DNA of 64,000 nucleotides. Source: Macrostomum lignano (lineage: Eukaryota). Shown piece by piece: positions 13,331-26,634 of the stretch. The stretch spans positions 1-64,000 of the forward strand of contig NIVC01003027.1 in assembly GCA_002269645.1 (NCBI GenBank). Reading direction: 5' to 3'. Numbering within the stretch: the stretch's first letter is position 1; each line of letters starts with the position of its first letter. A model generated the notes under the pieces. It saw only the letters and a list, made by a program, of their open reading frames with translations, searched no databases and was not told the origin of the DNA. The position numbers were made by a program, and so were the translations under genes.

Positions 13331-13944
13331 GGGTGTAGAACTGATATTTATAACTTGCTCTTAAATGGTCTGTATTTTTCTTGCTGTTAGTTTACCTTGC
13401 ACCGCATTGAAGAAACAGACAAATAATTTTCTCTCAAAGCCCCGACACCCAAAAGCTTAGCTTAACAACAGAAAATTCTGGCAACAAATGTTCATAGTGA
13501 AATGTCCTGTTTTGTAAACCAATACCCAGTATTTACGTAGCATAGCTACAATTTTTTTTGGTTTCGCAAATCTGCATCCTGGAAATAAAGCATTTCGAAC
13601 TGGAACACTGGAAGTCGCAAGTCAGTTTTGAACATCCATCACCCAGCTGCTGTCTCTTGTGGCTTGTGTTACAATGCTTGGATTGCTAGGCCCCCCCTAT
13701 ACGCTGCCCTATTCAATCACCTTTCAGGTTTGTTGGATGTCACCGCGGCAAAAGTGATATATTATATGCGTGTTGATTGCGGCCAAGTGTTTATGCTGCC
13801 CCGATGGGGCGGGGAGGCTGGGGATCCTCAGAATCCCGGGCCTGTTGCTAGGCTGATCTGTACCACAGGGACAATGGGATTGGGAAGGAAAGTGAGATGA
13901 CAACTTTCTCCTTGGAGGTCTTTGCGCCTTCCTTGGGTGCGAGA

Positions 13945-15160
13945 GACGGGGGAGACGGGTGAGATGGAGAGGGAGACGGGTGAGATGGAGAGGGAGACGG
14001 GTGAGATGGAGAGGGAGACGGGTGAGATGGAGAGACAGACGGGTGAGATGGAGAGAGAGAGACGGGTAAGGTGGAGAGAGAGACGGGTGAGATGGAGAGG
14101 GAGACGGGTGAGATGGAGAGAGAGACGGGTGAGATGGAGAGAGAGAGACGGGTGAGATGGAGAGAGAGACGAGTGAGATGGAGAGGGAGACGAGTGAGAT
14201 GGAGAGGGAGACGAGTGAGATGGAGACGGAGACGAGTGAGATGGAGACGGAGACGGGTGAGATGGAGACGGAGACGGGTGAGATGGAGAGGGAGACGGGT
14301 GAGATGGAGACGGAGACGGGTGAGATGGAGAGGGAGACGGGTGAGATGGAGAGGGAGACGGGTGAGAAGGAGAGGGAGACGGGTGAGATGGAGAGGGAGA
14401 CGGGTGAGATGGAGAGGGAGACGGGTGAGAAGGAGAGAGAGACGGGTGAGATGGAGCCGGAGACGGAGACAGGGACAGGTGAGATGGAGATGGAGACGGG
14501 TGAGATGGAGAGGAAGACGGGTGAGATGGAGAGGGAGACGGGTGAGATGGAGAGGGAGACGGGTGAGATGGAGAGGGAGACGGGTGAGATGGAGAGGGAG
14601 ACGGGTGAGATGGAGAGGGAGACGGGTGAGATGGAGAGGGAGACGGGTGAGATGGAGAGGGAGACGAGTGAGATGGAGACGGAGACGAGTGAGATGGAGA
14701 CGGAGACGGGTGAGATGGAGAGGGAGACGGGTGAGATGGAGAGGGAGACGGGTGAGATGGAGACGGAGACGGGTGAGATGGAGAGGGAGACGGGTGAGAT
14801 GGAGAGGGAGACGGGTGAGAAGGAGAGGGAGACGGGTGAGATGGAGAGGGAGACGGGTGAGAAGGAGAGGGAGACGGGTGAGAAGGAGAGAGAGACGGGT
14901 GAGATGGAGCCGGAGACGGAGACAGGGACAGGTGAGATGGAGATGGAGACGGGTGAGATGGAGAGGGAGACGGGTGAGATGGAGAGGGAGACGGGTGAGA
15001 TGGAGAGGGAGACGGGTGAGATGGAGAGGGAGACGGGTGAGATGGAGAGGGAGACGGGTGAGATGGAGAGGGAGACGGGTGAGATGGAGAGGGAGACGGG
15101 TGAGATGGAGAGGGAGACGGGTGAGATGGAGAGGGAGACGGGTGAGATGGAGAGAGAATA
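13945..15160. repeat. 21-bp purine-rich minisatellite (GAGAGGGAGACGGGTGAGATG)n
   Basis: Direct reading; 7-aa periodicity. Confidence 0.96.
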
Positions 15161-15564
15161 AGACACTGAGAGAGACAGTAAATAACTAATGCGGTTAATA
15201 CAGCTATGAAAAATATTTAAAAATACGCTAAGTCACAGCACTTTATCCCTGGAATTTCGAGTATACTAGTAAACAAAAACTGGTAGCTTAGTGCATAAGA
15301 GTCGATCTAAATTTTGCTCTTGTGAGCATAGAGCTCTGCAGCATAATATGCGTTACACACTGAGCTGCAAAGCTCCTTCCTGTTCTGCATACAGACATTG
15401 CTGTCTCTCGCATCGCACGCATTTTAATTCAATATTGATGCGTAGCCGAACAGGGACAGCCTCACTCGACATCCCGCAGACTCTGCTACCAGTGACCAGT
15501 GGTTGCACTTTATAGTCAGTTAATTTCCAACCGAAATAGCAGAGCGAACAGCGAAGTTCTAAAG

Positions 15565-17375
15565 TCAGACCCCACAGATCAACACAGACACTCAGTTGTT
15601 GATCTCGCTCAGACCCCACACACAGACACTCAGTTGTTGATTGCTCAGACCCCACACACAGACACTCAGTTGTTGATCTCGCTCAGACCCCACACACAGA
15701 CACTCAGTTGTTGATTTCTCAGACCCCACACACAGACACTCGGTTGTTGATCGCTCAGACCCCACACACAGACACTCAGTTGTTGATCGCTCCGACCCCA
15801 CACACAGACACTCGGTTGTTGATCGCTCAGACCCCACACACAGACACTCAGTTGTTGATTGCTCAGACCCCACACACAGACACTCAGTTGTTGATTGCTC
15901 AGACCCCACACACAGACACTCAGTTGTTGATTGCTCAGACCCCACACACAGACACTCAGTTGTTGATTGCTCAGACCCCACACACAGATACTCAGTTGTT
16001 GATTGCTCAGACCACACACACAGACACTCAGTTGTTGATTTCTCAGACCCCACACACAGACACTCAGTTGTTGATTGCTCAGACCCCACACACAGACACT
16101 CAGTTGTTGATTGCTCAGACCCCACACACAGACACTCGGTTGTTGATCGCTCAGACCCCACACACAGACACTCAGTTGTTGATCGCTCAGACCCCACACA
16201 CAGACACTCAGTTGTTGATCGCTCCGACCCCACACACAGACACTCAGTTGTTGATTGCTCAGACCCCACACACAGACACTCAGTTGTTGATTGCTCAGAC
16301 CCCACACACAGACACTCAGTTGTTGATTGCTCAGACCCCACACACAGACACTCAGTTGTTGATTGCTCAGACCACACACACAGACACTCAGTTGTTGATT
16401 TCTCAGACCCCACACACAGACACTCAGTTGTTGATTGCTCAGACCCCACACACAGACACTCAGTTGTTGATTGCTCAGACCCCACACACAGACACTCAGT
16501 TGTTGATCGCTCAGACCCCACACACAGACACTCAGTTGTTGATCGCTCAGACCCCACACACAGACACTCAGTTGTTGATCGCTCCGACCCCACACACAGA
16601 CACTCAGTTGTTGATTGCTCAGACCCCACACACAGACACTCAGTTGTTGATCGCTCCGACCCCACACACAGACACTCGGTTGTTGATCGCTCAGACCCCA
16701 CACACAGACACTCAGTTGTTGATCGCTCCGACCCCACACACAGACACTCAGTTGTTGATTGCTCAGACCCGACACACAGACACTCAGTTGTTGATTGCTC
16801 AGACCCCACACACAGACACTCAGTTGTTGATTGCTCAGACCCCACACACAGACACTCAGTTGTTGATTGCTCAGACCCCACACACAGACACTCAGTTGTT
16901 GATTGCTCAGACCCCACACACAGACACTCAGTTGTTGATTGCTCCGACCCCACACACAGACACTCAGTTGTTGATCGCTCAGACCCCACACACAGACACT
17001 CAGTTGTTGATTGCTCAGACCCCACACACAGACACTCAGTTGTTGATTGCTCAGACCCCACACACAGACACTCAGTTGTTGATTGCTCAGACCCCACACA
17101 CAGACACTCAGTTGTTGATTGCTCAGACCCCACACACAGACACTCAGTTGTTGATTGCTCAGACCCCACACACAGACACTCAGTTGTTGATCTCGCTCAG
17201 ACCCCACACACAGACACTCAGTTGTTGATCGCTCAGACCCCACACACAGACACTCAGTTGTTGATTGCTCAGACCCGACACACAGACACTCAGTTGTTGA
17301 TTGCTCAGACCCCACACACAGACACTCAGTTGTTGATCGCTCAGACCCCACACACAGACACTCAGTTGTTGATCG
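15565..17375. repeat. 36-bp minisatellite (GCTCAGACCCCACACACAGACACTCAGTTGTTGATT)n, ~50 units
   Basis: Direct reading; 12-aa periodicity; head-to-tail with no spacers. Confidence 0.97.
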
Positions 17376-18037
17376 CCCATGCCAGTAGATCAGCTATAGA
17401 AGAGGCTGACAGTATTGCAGGCAGCCTCATCAAGAAAATTCCCGACTTAAAGCCATACAGAATTATAAATCAGAGCTCTCAGCCCCAGCTCTCCCTTGAT
17501 CCCTTCGTGCCCCCTTCGCCAAATTGACAGAGCAAACTTTGGCCGCTTTAAGTCTGTCTCCCCCCACCCAGGACGCAGCTCCATATACAAGAGCGAGGGC
17601 AAACAAGTGGGGGACAACACACTCATGCACCAGAGCAAACCCATATGAGGATTAGAAAGTGTAGGACCCCAACTGAAATTATTAATTCTGAATGAGCTGC
17701 ATAACCAAACCCAAACCCCTCCTCCGGTCCTGCGCCCTGCACACCTGAGGAATCATGCGCAATATAAGCTCGGGAAGCTGAAGGGGATGCAGAATGGCAT
17801 CGGGGGATGGAGATCAGCCACTCACTCCCTCCCATTTTCCAACGATCCCAAACTCGCTCGCTCCCCCTCTCGCCGCGAAGGTAAACACAGATATATTTTA
17901 GTCCCCCTTCGAGAGCTGCGATGTCCCGCATTCTAACGAAAAAGCGACGAAGAAAGAGGAGACTCGCGAGGGGCTGCCCCAGCCTTAGAAAAGGTAGAGA
18001 CGCCCATATCATTGTCTCAGTAGTTTTGCCCCAATCT

Positions 18038-18340
18038 CATGGGCAAGTCTCACCCAGCAGATCTCATGGTTGATGGCTACCATTTCCATGGGCAAGTCTC
18101 ACCCAGCAGATCTCATGGTTGATGGCTACCATTTCCATGGGCAAGTCTCACCCAGCAGATCTCATGGTTGATGGCTGCCATTTCCATGGGCAAGTCTCAC
18201 CCAGGAGATCTCATGATTGATGGCTGCCATTCTCATGTGCAAGTCTCACCCAGGAGATCTCATGATTGATGGCTGCCATTCTCATGGGCAAGTCTCACCC
18301 AGCAGATCTCATGGTTGATGGCTGCCATTTCCATGGGCTG
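18038..18340. repeat. 49-bp minisatellite, ~6 units (CATGGGCAAGTCTCACCCAGCAGATCTCATGGTTGATGGCTACCATTTC)
   Basis: Unit starts at 18038 and 18087 (49 bp apart). Confidence 0.93.
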
Positions 18341-19859
18341 ACAAAAACAATGCTTTTTCCTACAGCAAATATCCCGAAGGAATTCAATTAACTTCGCGCA
18401 ATAACAATTGCAAGAAGCGGGTCCTTCACTCACTCGGGGTCTTCACTGTTATCTCTGGTTTGCAATTGTTGCATTCTGACTCCGCACTAGACTAGGGGGG
18501 GGGGGGGTGGTCAGAAGAATTCTGATAAATTCTTACATTCTAAATTTATTGCTTCTTCTGCTCTGAGGTAATAAACAGAGCTAAACTGTAGGATATTTGT
18601 TTCTGATCTTATTTCCACACCTGCCTTTGGGATGTTGTAAGTCCATTGTTACACTTGCTACTAAATTCCCAAGCAGCCTTTGCCCCCTTCTACAGTTCTT
18701 GTTGACCCTCCCCCCATTAAGCTCGAACGATAATTTATTGATGAAGAAGAGGAGTCAGAGGAGCTTTGTCCTTTCTGATTAATGCGGATCCACTTATGCC
18801 ATAGGGGGCATTGGGCCACCTTCCCAAGCCTCCCGCCTTCAGGCGCCACTTCATAATTTTTCTGCACAAAAGTTTACCCAAAGAGTCCCTGCAGCCGAAG
18901 TAGCGAATGCAATGAGGGAGGAAAGAGGCGGAGGGGGGGGGGGGGCAGCCAGTGCCAGCAAAAGATGGCATAAAGATTTATGGTAGGTGCGCTCCGAACG
19001 GCGCTTCAGAAAATGTTTTCGCTCGTTCTTATTTTTCCAATATAAGGCTCCGACCGGCCTTTCCAGGTAGGGTATAGCATTGCATATTTTCGGTTAGCCG
19101 TATTGTTAACAATATAAGCGTATCAAACCGCGGTGACTTCAGGTGGGGTGGGGGAGAGGCAGGGCAAGGCCAGGTAAGGGAGCGAAACACCTGTCAACAA
19201 GCAATAAATCAAAAGTATTCCGTATTCAATAGCGTATATAGAATATCTCTCTGTGTATAGGCCTGGCAGTTGAAGTCCAGCCTGGGGCTGGAGTTATGAT
19301 ATATACGTATATTTGAAACTGATAATTACTGACGGGGGATATTAAAATCTTTCGTAGGGGAGGGGGGTGACTGTATAGGCCAGTCTGTCCCCAACAGTTT
19401 TTCATTTTCACCCACCGGTTTAATACTCATAAGTGCGAAGTTCGAGTCACGGGATGCGAGCTTGCTCACGAACTGCTGGGGGGGGGGGGGACACCTCGCC
19501 ATGTGGCGATCCAATATTTGACAAGTGAGAGCTGCTCTGATTTGTGGGCTCTGCCGCCCGTGGGAACAAACTCGATCTGGTCTGCCTTCCGACTCCCGGA
19601 GAAATGATGAATTGTTGCAATTAAATTTGGATTTTATCCCTCGAGGAACTTTCGAGCTGCTTGCAGTTGGCAAAGGGGAGAAAGTTTTTTTTGCTTTCAT
19701 TTTATATCCCTTGACCCGAAAGCTGGTGGCCAGATTAAATATTTGTGAGCAAGAAAGCGGTCTGACATTGCAAATGTGGGCACAATTTTGATTTTCGAAA
19801 TTTCATCAAGCAAGTCAAACTTGGCGCTTCGAGACTGCTTGTCGAAAAATGTTGAAAGC

Positions 19860-21050
19860 AGATAAAAACACAACAAAGGTTCAGGGTCTCCCTCAGATAA
19901 ACACACAAAAGGTTCAGGGTCTCCCTCAGATAAACACACAAAAAGTTCAGGGTCTCCCTCAGATAAACACACAAAAGGTTCAGGGTCTCCCTCAGATAAA
20001 CACACAAAAGGTTCAGGGTCTCCCTCAGATAAACACACAAAAGGTTCAGGGTCTCCCTCAGAGAAACACACAGAAGGTTCAGGGTCTCCCTCAGATAAAC
20101 ACTCAAAAGGTTCAGGGTCTCCATCAGAGAAACACAAAAAAGATTCAGGGTCTCCATCAGAGAAACACAACAAAGGTTCAGGGTGTCTATCAGAGAAACA
20201 CAACAAAGGTTCAGGGTCTCCATGAGAGAAACACACAAAAGATTCAGGGTCTCCCTCAGATAAACACACAAAAGGTTCAGGGTCTCCCTCAGATAAACAC
20301 ACAAAAGGTTCAGGGTCTCCATCAGAGAAACACACAAAAGGTTCAGGGTCTCCATCAGAGAAACACACAAAAGGTTCAGGGTCTCCATCAACAAAACACA
20401 CCAAAGGTTCAGGGTCTCCATCAACAAAACACACAAAAGGTTCAGGGTCTCCATCAACAAAACACACAAAAGATTCAGGGTCTCCATCAACAAAACACAC
20501 AAAAGATTCAGGGTCTCCATCAACAAAACACACAAAAGATTCAGGGTCTCCATCAACAAAACACACAAAAGATTCAGGGTCTCCATCAACAAAACACACA
20601 AAAGGTTCAGGGTCTCCATCAACAAAACACACAAAAGATTCAGGGTCTCCATCAACAAAACACACAAAAGATTCAGGGTCTCCATCAACAAAACACACAA
20701 AAGATTCAGGGTCTCCATCAACAAAACACACAAAAGGTTCAGGGTCTCCATCAACAAAACACACCAAAGGTTCAGGGTCTCCATCAACAAAACACACAAA
20801 AGATTCAGGGTCTCCATCAACAAAACACACAAAAGATTCAGGGTCTCCATCAACAAAACACACAAAAGATTCAGGGTCTCCATCAACAAAACACACAAAA
20901 GATTCAGGGTCTCCATCAACAAAACACACAAAAGGTTCAGGGTCTCCATCAACAAAACACACCAAAGGTTCAGGGTCTCCATCAACAAAACACACAAAAG
21001 ATTCAGGGTCTCCATCAACAAAACACACAAAAGGTTCAGGGTCTCCATCG
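19860..21050. repeat. 33-bp minisatellite (AAACACACAAAAGGTTCAGGGTCTCCATCAACA)n
   Basis: Direct reading; 11-aa periodicity. Confidence 0.96.
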
Positions 21051-23419
21051 GAAAGCTCGCTAAAGGTTCCGTTCATGGCCAGACACTAAAAATTAGAACC
21101 TATATAGACTGAATGGACATCGGATTTAACAAATTCAGGACTGGAAGAACTTCTGTTAGCCACTTGTAATAGCTTCAATAATGCTTGCAATGCATAGCGC
21201 ATATACAAACTTTGATATTGAATGGGCCCTTGGCCTATACTATTTAGCATCGCCATTGCAATTGTTTTGTTGCTATACCGATGGCTTCTGGTTGGTATAT
21301 AATAAGCACAGGATTGGGCCCGAACGCAATCCGAAAATGTTAGTTATACAGTTTGGCTTCGACTACTTTTTTTGGTCGGAGGAGTTTCGTTTTCGTCTTC
21401 GGTGCAGACTGCCGGACCTGTTGCGTCAGTCAGGACCGGGGTTGGCATTCCGAACTGAAGGGTCTTCTTGTCTGGCAATCTGTTGCCTAGGCCTGGGGGC
21501 GATATACTAGGAAACCCATTACAGAAACCTTGAAACTGACAAACTGTGCACATTGCTAAGACTCCCTACAGGTTCTGTGTATCTTGCCCCCCCCCCTTAT
21601 CAGGCTTCCCATTGCTTGTTTACTAGGTTAGTATCTGCATTCCACTGACCGGAGGTGCCGTATCCAAAATATGCCACCGATTTAGTTGGAGACGCACGGA
21701 GGAGGTCGAGCCCGCGGCGAATGTGGGGATAAATATTATGACTATCAGGCCCTATTAAGGCAACTGCGGTAAGCCATGTAGGGTTTGTCACTCTACGATC
21801 CGGCTTAGCAACTATTAGATAACATGACCGGTGCACAGGATGCACACTTATAGTATACACAACCACCATTACCGCTAATTGTTAATTGTTATACAATGGT
21901 CTGTCAGTCCTGATAGTCCGTTACGCAACCAAAGCCTTGTGTGTTTACAAAGAGGCCACAGGCTGCTTGCCTGGCCATGGTGTTTTTTGTTACTGCCTTT
22001 GCCGGACAAGCGCGGGTAATTGGCTGTCAGGCAGAAAGAAACGAGAAAAAAGGAAGCCTGGAGGTTGGACGTCCTTCTTGAAGACGGAACGTCAAGAGAG
22101 GCAGATGAAGGCAGCCCCCCCCCCCTCCCAAGCAACTAAAAATTGCAGCCCAACACCGCAAACAAACTTATAATAGCTGCATGGGATCATCTTTGACAAA
22201 GAAATTCTCCCAAAAAAACGTCTTGATTATATTGATGATGAATGAGTTCGCTGGTTTGCTTGATAATTACCATGATCTGCTGCTATCATGCAGGGAAGCT
22301 TTGCTGACTGGTATATAGTAAAATTTCACCTTCGGTTATATGATCTTTAGTATAGCTTCAGGTAAAAATGAGCAAAGTTGTGACCCTAAAACTGAATAAA
22401 TTAGCTTCAGGTAACTAAGTGACTTGGTTCCGCAGTGACACCCCTGAAAGAAAATCGAGATTTGCCTTCTATGCGCATGTAAGTTGTGCAGAGGTGTCAA
22501 AGCAAAAAAATTACCCACGTAAAAACTCGCCTCCCCCTGTTGTCATGCGCAGTTGACATGCGGCAACTTGCCGGAAATCGCTGGTCCATGACTGGCGCAG
22601 TTCCATTTATGCTGCTCAACTGCTCAAGCTCAACCATCCTACAGACTCAAACACCATCCTTTCATTTCAGCCTTGGCAACTACGCGAAGGTGACTGCTCA
22701 GTGAAGTATATAAATGCATCTTGTATGCAGGCAAGTACTCGAGTGCTAAACCCCAGGAGACTATAGAAATCATAACACAAGATGACTCAGGAGCCATCAA
22801 CTTATCGCCGTGTTGAATCGCCCTCGAAAGAAAGACGCGGATTTGGGCAACTCCCAAGCAACCTCTTCTCCCCCCCTGCTTTGAGCACAGAAACCCGACG
22901 GAGCGCAACTGAGCCCCCTGGGAATCTCCTTGATTCTGAGAGCGAGTCCTGATCCCCACAAAAAAGATGCGGAGAGAAATAAAGAAGCTTTCCCTCTTCG
23001 CTAAAGCCTGCGCCCCGCGCGCTTGATCGGTCAAGCGATTAAACATCAGCTCTCTACCAGCGGAGTCATATAAGGCACGGATCTTGGCGTGTTGTTGAAG
23101 ATAGCTTCCTGCATGGCAGCAAACGGCAGGTGTCAGGAATAGGTGTAGGAAATCCCCCAGAGACCCTGATTTTGTATTTAGAGACTATAAGATTAGCATT
23201 AAAGTTCAGTATATAGTAGATTGCACACCCTGTGTCAGTGCAGTGGTGCCATTGTGCTGAGTATAAGCTACTCGTATGTGTATAAACTTCAGGGATCGTT
23301 GAGTCAGTGATAGTTGGGCCCCTCGGAAAGCGTTAACGTAATCCAATTAAGGGATGGAAACTTTCTCTACATTCTTGGCAGCAACACAACAGCAGAGAGA
23401 GAGCCAAATAATGACTTAC

Positions 23420-24362
23420 CTTTGCCGGTTGCCTTCGGCTGATGCCGCTTGATCTCCATCCACTTGAACGGTGGCGATCCGCCGCTCTCGCCTCCGCCAA
23501 GAACGCCGCCGCCGCCGCCTCCGCTGCTGTTGCTGCTGTTGCTGCTATTGTTGTTCGCGTTGGCTTTGCTTCTGCTCCCGGAAGCATGCGCAGTTGCCGT
23601 TGCACTGCCGCCGCTGACGCCGCCGCCAACGCCGACTGACGTTCCGCAGACCGGCGACGGGCTGACGCTGAGTTCGCTGCTGCTGCCGCCGCTCGGGCTG
23701 TGGGGGCACTGGTGCAGCAGGTGCTGCTGCTGCTGCTGCAGATGCTGCGAACCCGTTGAATAGCAGTTGATGTCGCCGCCGCCGCCGCTGCTGCCCCATA
23801 AAGAATTCACGGCGGCAGTGCCAACCGCGGATGCTGGCGTAGATTCCTGCTTGATGTAGGCAGCGGCTGCTGCCGCTGCGGCCGCGGCTGCCGAAGCTGT
23901 TGAAGGATACTGCTGCTGCTGACACTGGGAATAGTACTGCTGCTGCTGCTGCTGCTGCTGATGCAGCATCGGCTGCTCCTGATGCTGCAGGTACAGACCG
24001 TAGGGTGAATTTATTTGATGGTGCTGCTGCTGCTGCTGGGGATGCTGGGGATGAAGATGATGCTGCTGATGAAGCTGCTGCTGTTGGTGATGAGTCTGGA
24101 AGGCGGCGGCTGTATGATAAGCAGCGGTAGCTTTCGTAGCTTCTATCAGCGATCCCGGATGTTGTTGATAAGCCAAGCTATCCAGGTTGCACAGCGAGTA
24201 GCCACCAGCAGCACCTCCCGAGTTCATCATTCTCAAAGCGGCAGCTGTGGTCTTGCTGTCACCGCTGCTCCTGTCACTTACGCCAATGTAAGAAGCGCCT
24301 GAGTAGCCTGTAATAATACTGTTGCTGCTGCTGCTGTTGTTGGGGCCAAGGACTCCGGCCAT
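23420..24362 (-). CDS. Hox1: Hox1/labial exon 1 (Q/A/G/S-rich N-terminus, hexapeptide FKWM)
   Basis: ATG at 24362. PPFKWMEIKRHQPK matches the labial-class hexapeptide context. RMMNS...YSLCN resembles the Hox1 N-terminal motif. Donor AAAG/GTAAGT at 23420/23419 is in phase with exon 2. Confidence 0.93.
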
Positions 24363-24727
24363 AGACTGACAGAGGGGAAACTGCGCTTAAGTCAGCTGTG
24401 AGAATCTTAATTTGAAGGATTGATTTGATCCTTTTTGTGAACCGATTCCCGTGGCCGCTAAAATGGAGGGAACGCCAAAGTTTGAAAGCGACGGACTCTC
24501 CTCTCTCCACCTCTCCCTCCCTCCCGCCATTGGCGGGCGCATTTCTGTCCAATAAGAACTGCAACCCATCGGCTCCCAAAATTCCTAAAGCCCACCCTTT
24601 TTGGCCCCCTTTTTCCCGCACCGAAAGGAAACTTGCCAGCCAATTATTTGGAAGGCCAGCCCCCCGAAAGAGAGAGAGGAGAAGAGAAATATATTAGCCA
24701 AAATGTGGCGGCCAAGTCGGAAGCCTT

Positions 24728-25063
24728 TGATTTATGACGGGGGCCCCCACCTCAGCCCGCAACCCCTGGGGCGGCGCCAGGCGATTGTAGGCGTTTTTGA
24801 AAAAAGCTAGCTGGGCGCGGACTATCAAACTGATTTACGACTGGCTAGCGGCCTCCAAGTCAAGCCAAGCCAGGAATATAAATACACATTTTTACCAATG
24901 CTGCATTGAAAATGTTATATTGAATCAAATTGTAATTCATTTAGCTGTCGGCGGCTCCCCCAGCCCGATGTGCGCCGTCTCTCTAAGCTTTTTCAATCTC
25001 TTTAATGCTATCATTGCGAGCATTTTGAGCTGCAGAAAAGCTTGTATACACGCAGTCTGACAG
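24728..25063. promoter_or_regulatory. Hox/Pbx- and Meis-type motifs upstream of Hox1
   Basis: TGATTTATGA 24728-24737, TGATTTACGAC 24831-24841, TGACAG 25058-25063. Motif match only. Confidence 0.3.
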
Positions 25064-25386
25064 TCAGCGATATTTTAACTTTTATTCACCTTGGCTATTG
25101 AAACACAGCAAGCGGGACTTGGTCGGTGGGTTTGGGTCGGCCAGCGACTGCTGCCAAGCTTTAGCCGGGGTAGTCATAAATCTCTGCCGACTGCCGCTTT
25201 TTTTGTTCGCTTCCTCTGCCGCCGTGGTGCGAACAGCAAGGGCCACGGATACCCGGCCTTCAGGCCTTGCGGCTGCGTCAGGGGCTGGGCGAGTGCTGCA
25301 TAGCCTGTGCGTTGCATTTAAAGACAGTGTTGTGCATGCTCTAACTAACCTCTGCTCCATTTATAATATTTTATTGGTTCTTATCA

Positions 25387-25971
<585 letters not shown>

Positions 25972-26634
25972 CAGAAGCGAACAGAGGAAAGCGGGAAAGG
26001 CAGGGTGAGGTGACGGTTGACAGTTTTCCGAAGATCAGAGAGTCCCGCCGCCCTGCAGCAGCACCGCTGTCATCCGCCCTTCCACCCCCATCATGTTAGC
26101 CCCTCTCCCAGCTTCCTCTATTGTTGTGTCCAGCCGCAGCCCCCAGCGGCAGGCTTCCGTCTCTCCCACAGCTGTCTGAACAGGCCCCATATGGGGGGGA
26201 GCCCAGCTAATTCAGCATCAGAAGTCAGAAGGCCAAATGGCGCCAAAAAAGTCTCTGTCAGGAGCGGAAACTCTGAAACTGTGCTCTGGGGAGGCTGCTG
26301 AGCGCTGATGGGGCTTCATCAGAAACCGATACTCCCACAGAGTCCCGGCGTCCGTGTCAACAAAACACACACACACACACACACACGCCATTATTTGTTG
26401 ATTGGCGCAGCAGCGGGGGGGAGGTTGGCGGCATCTATTGAAGTGAAAAAGTCAGTTATTGGCTTTTAGGGTGACTCCGTGAGTTGCACAATGCAACGCG
26501 GGGCAATTCAATTGATATCTGAGACTGCCGAGTTGATTAAGTACAGATGCGGGAAGCATAGGGGGTTGAGCTTCATTCGTTAAACTGCAAAATAACTCTG
26601 AGTTGAGTAAGTGGTGTGTAGGTTGAATTGAGAG

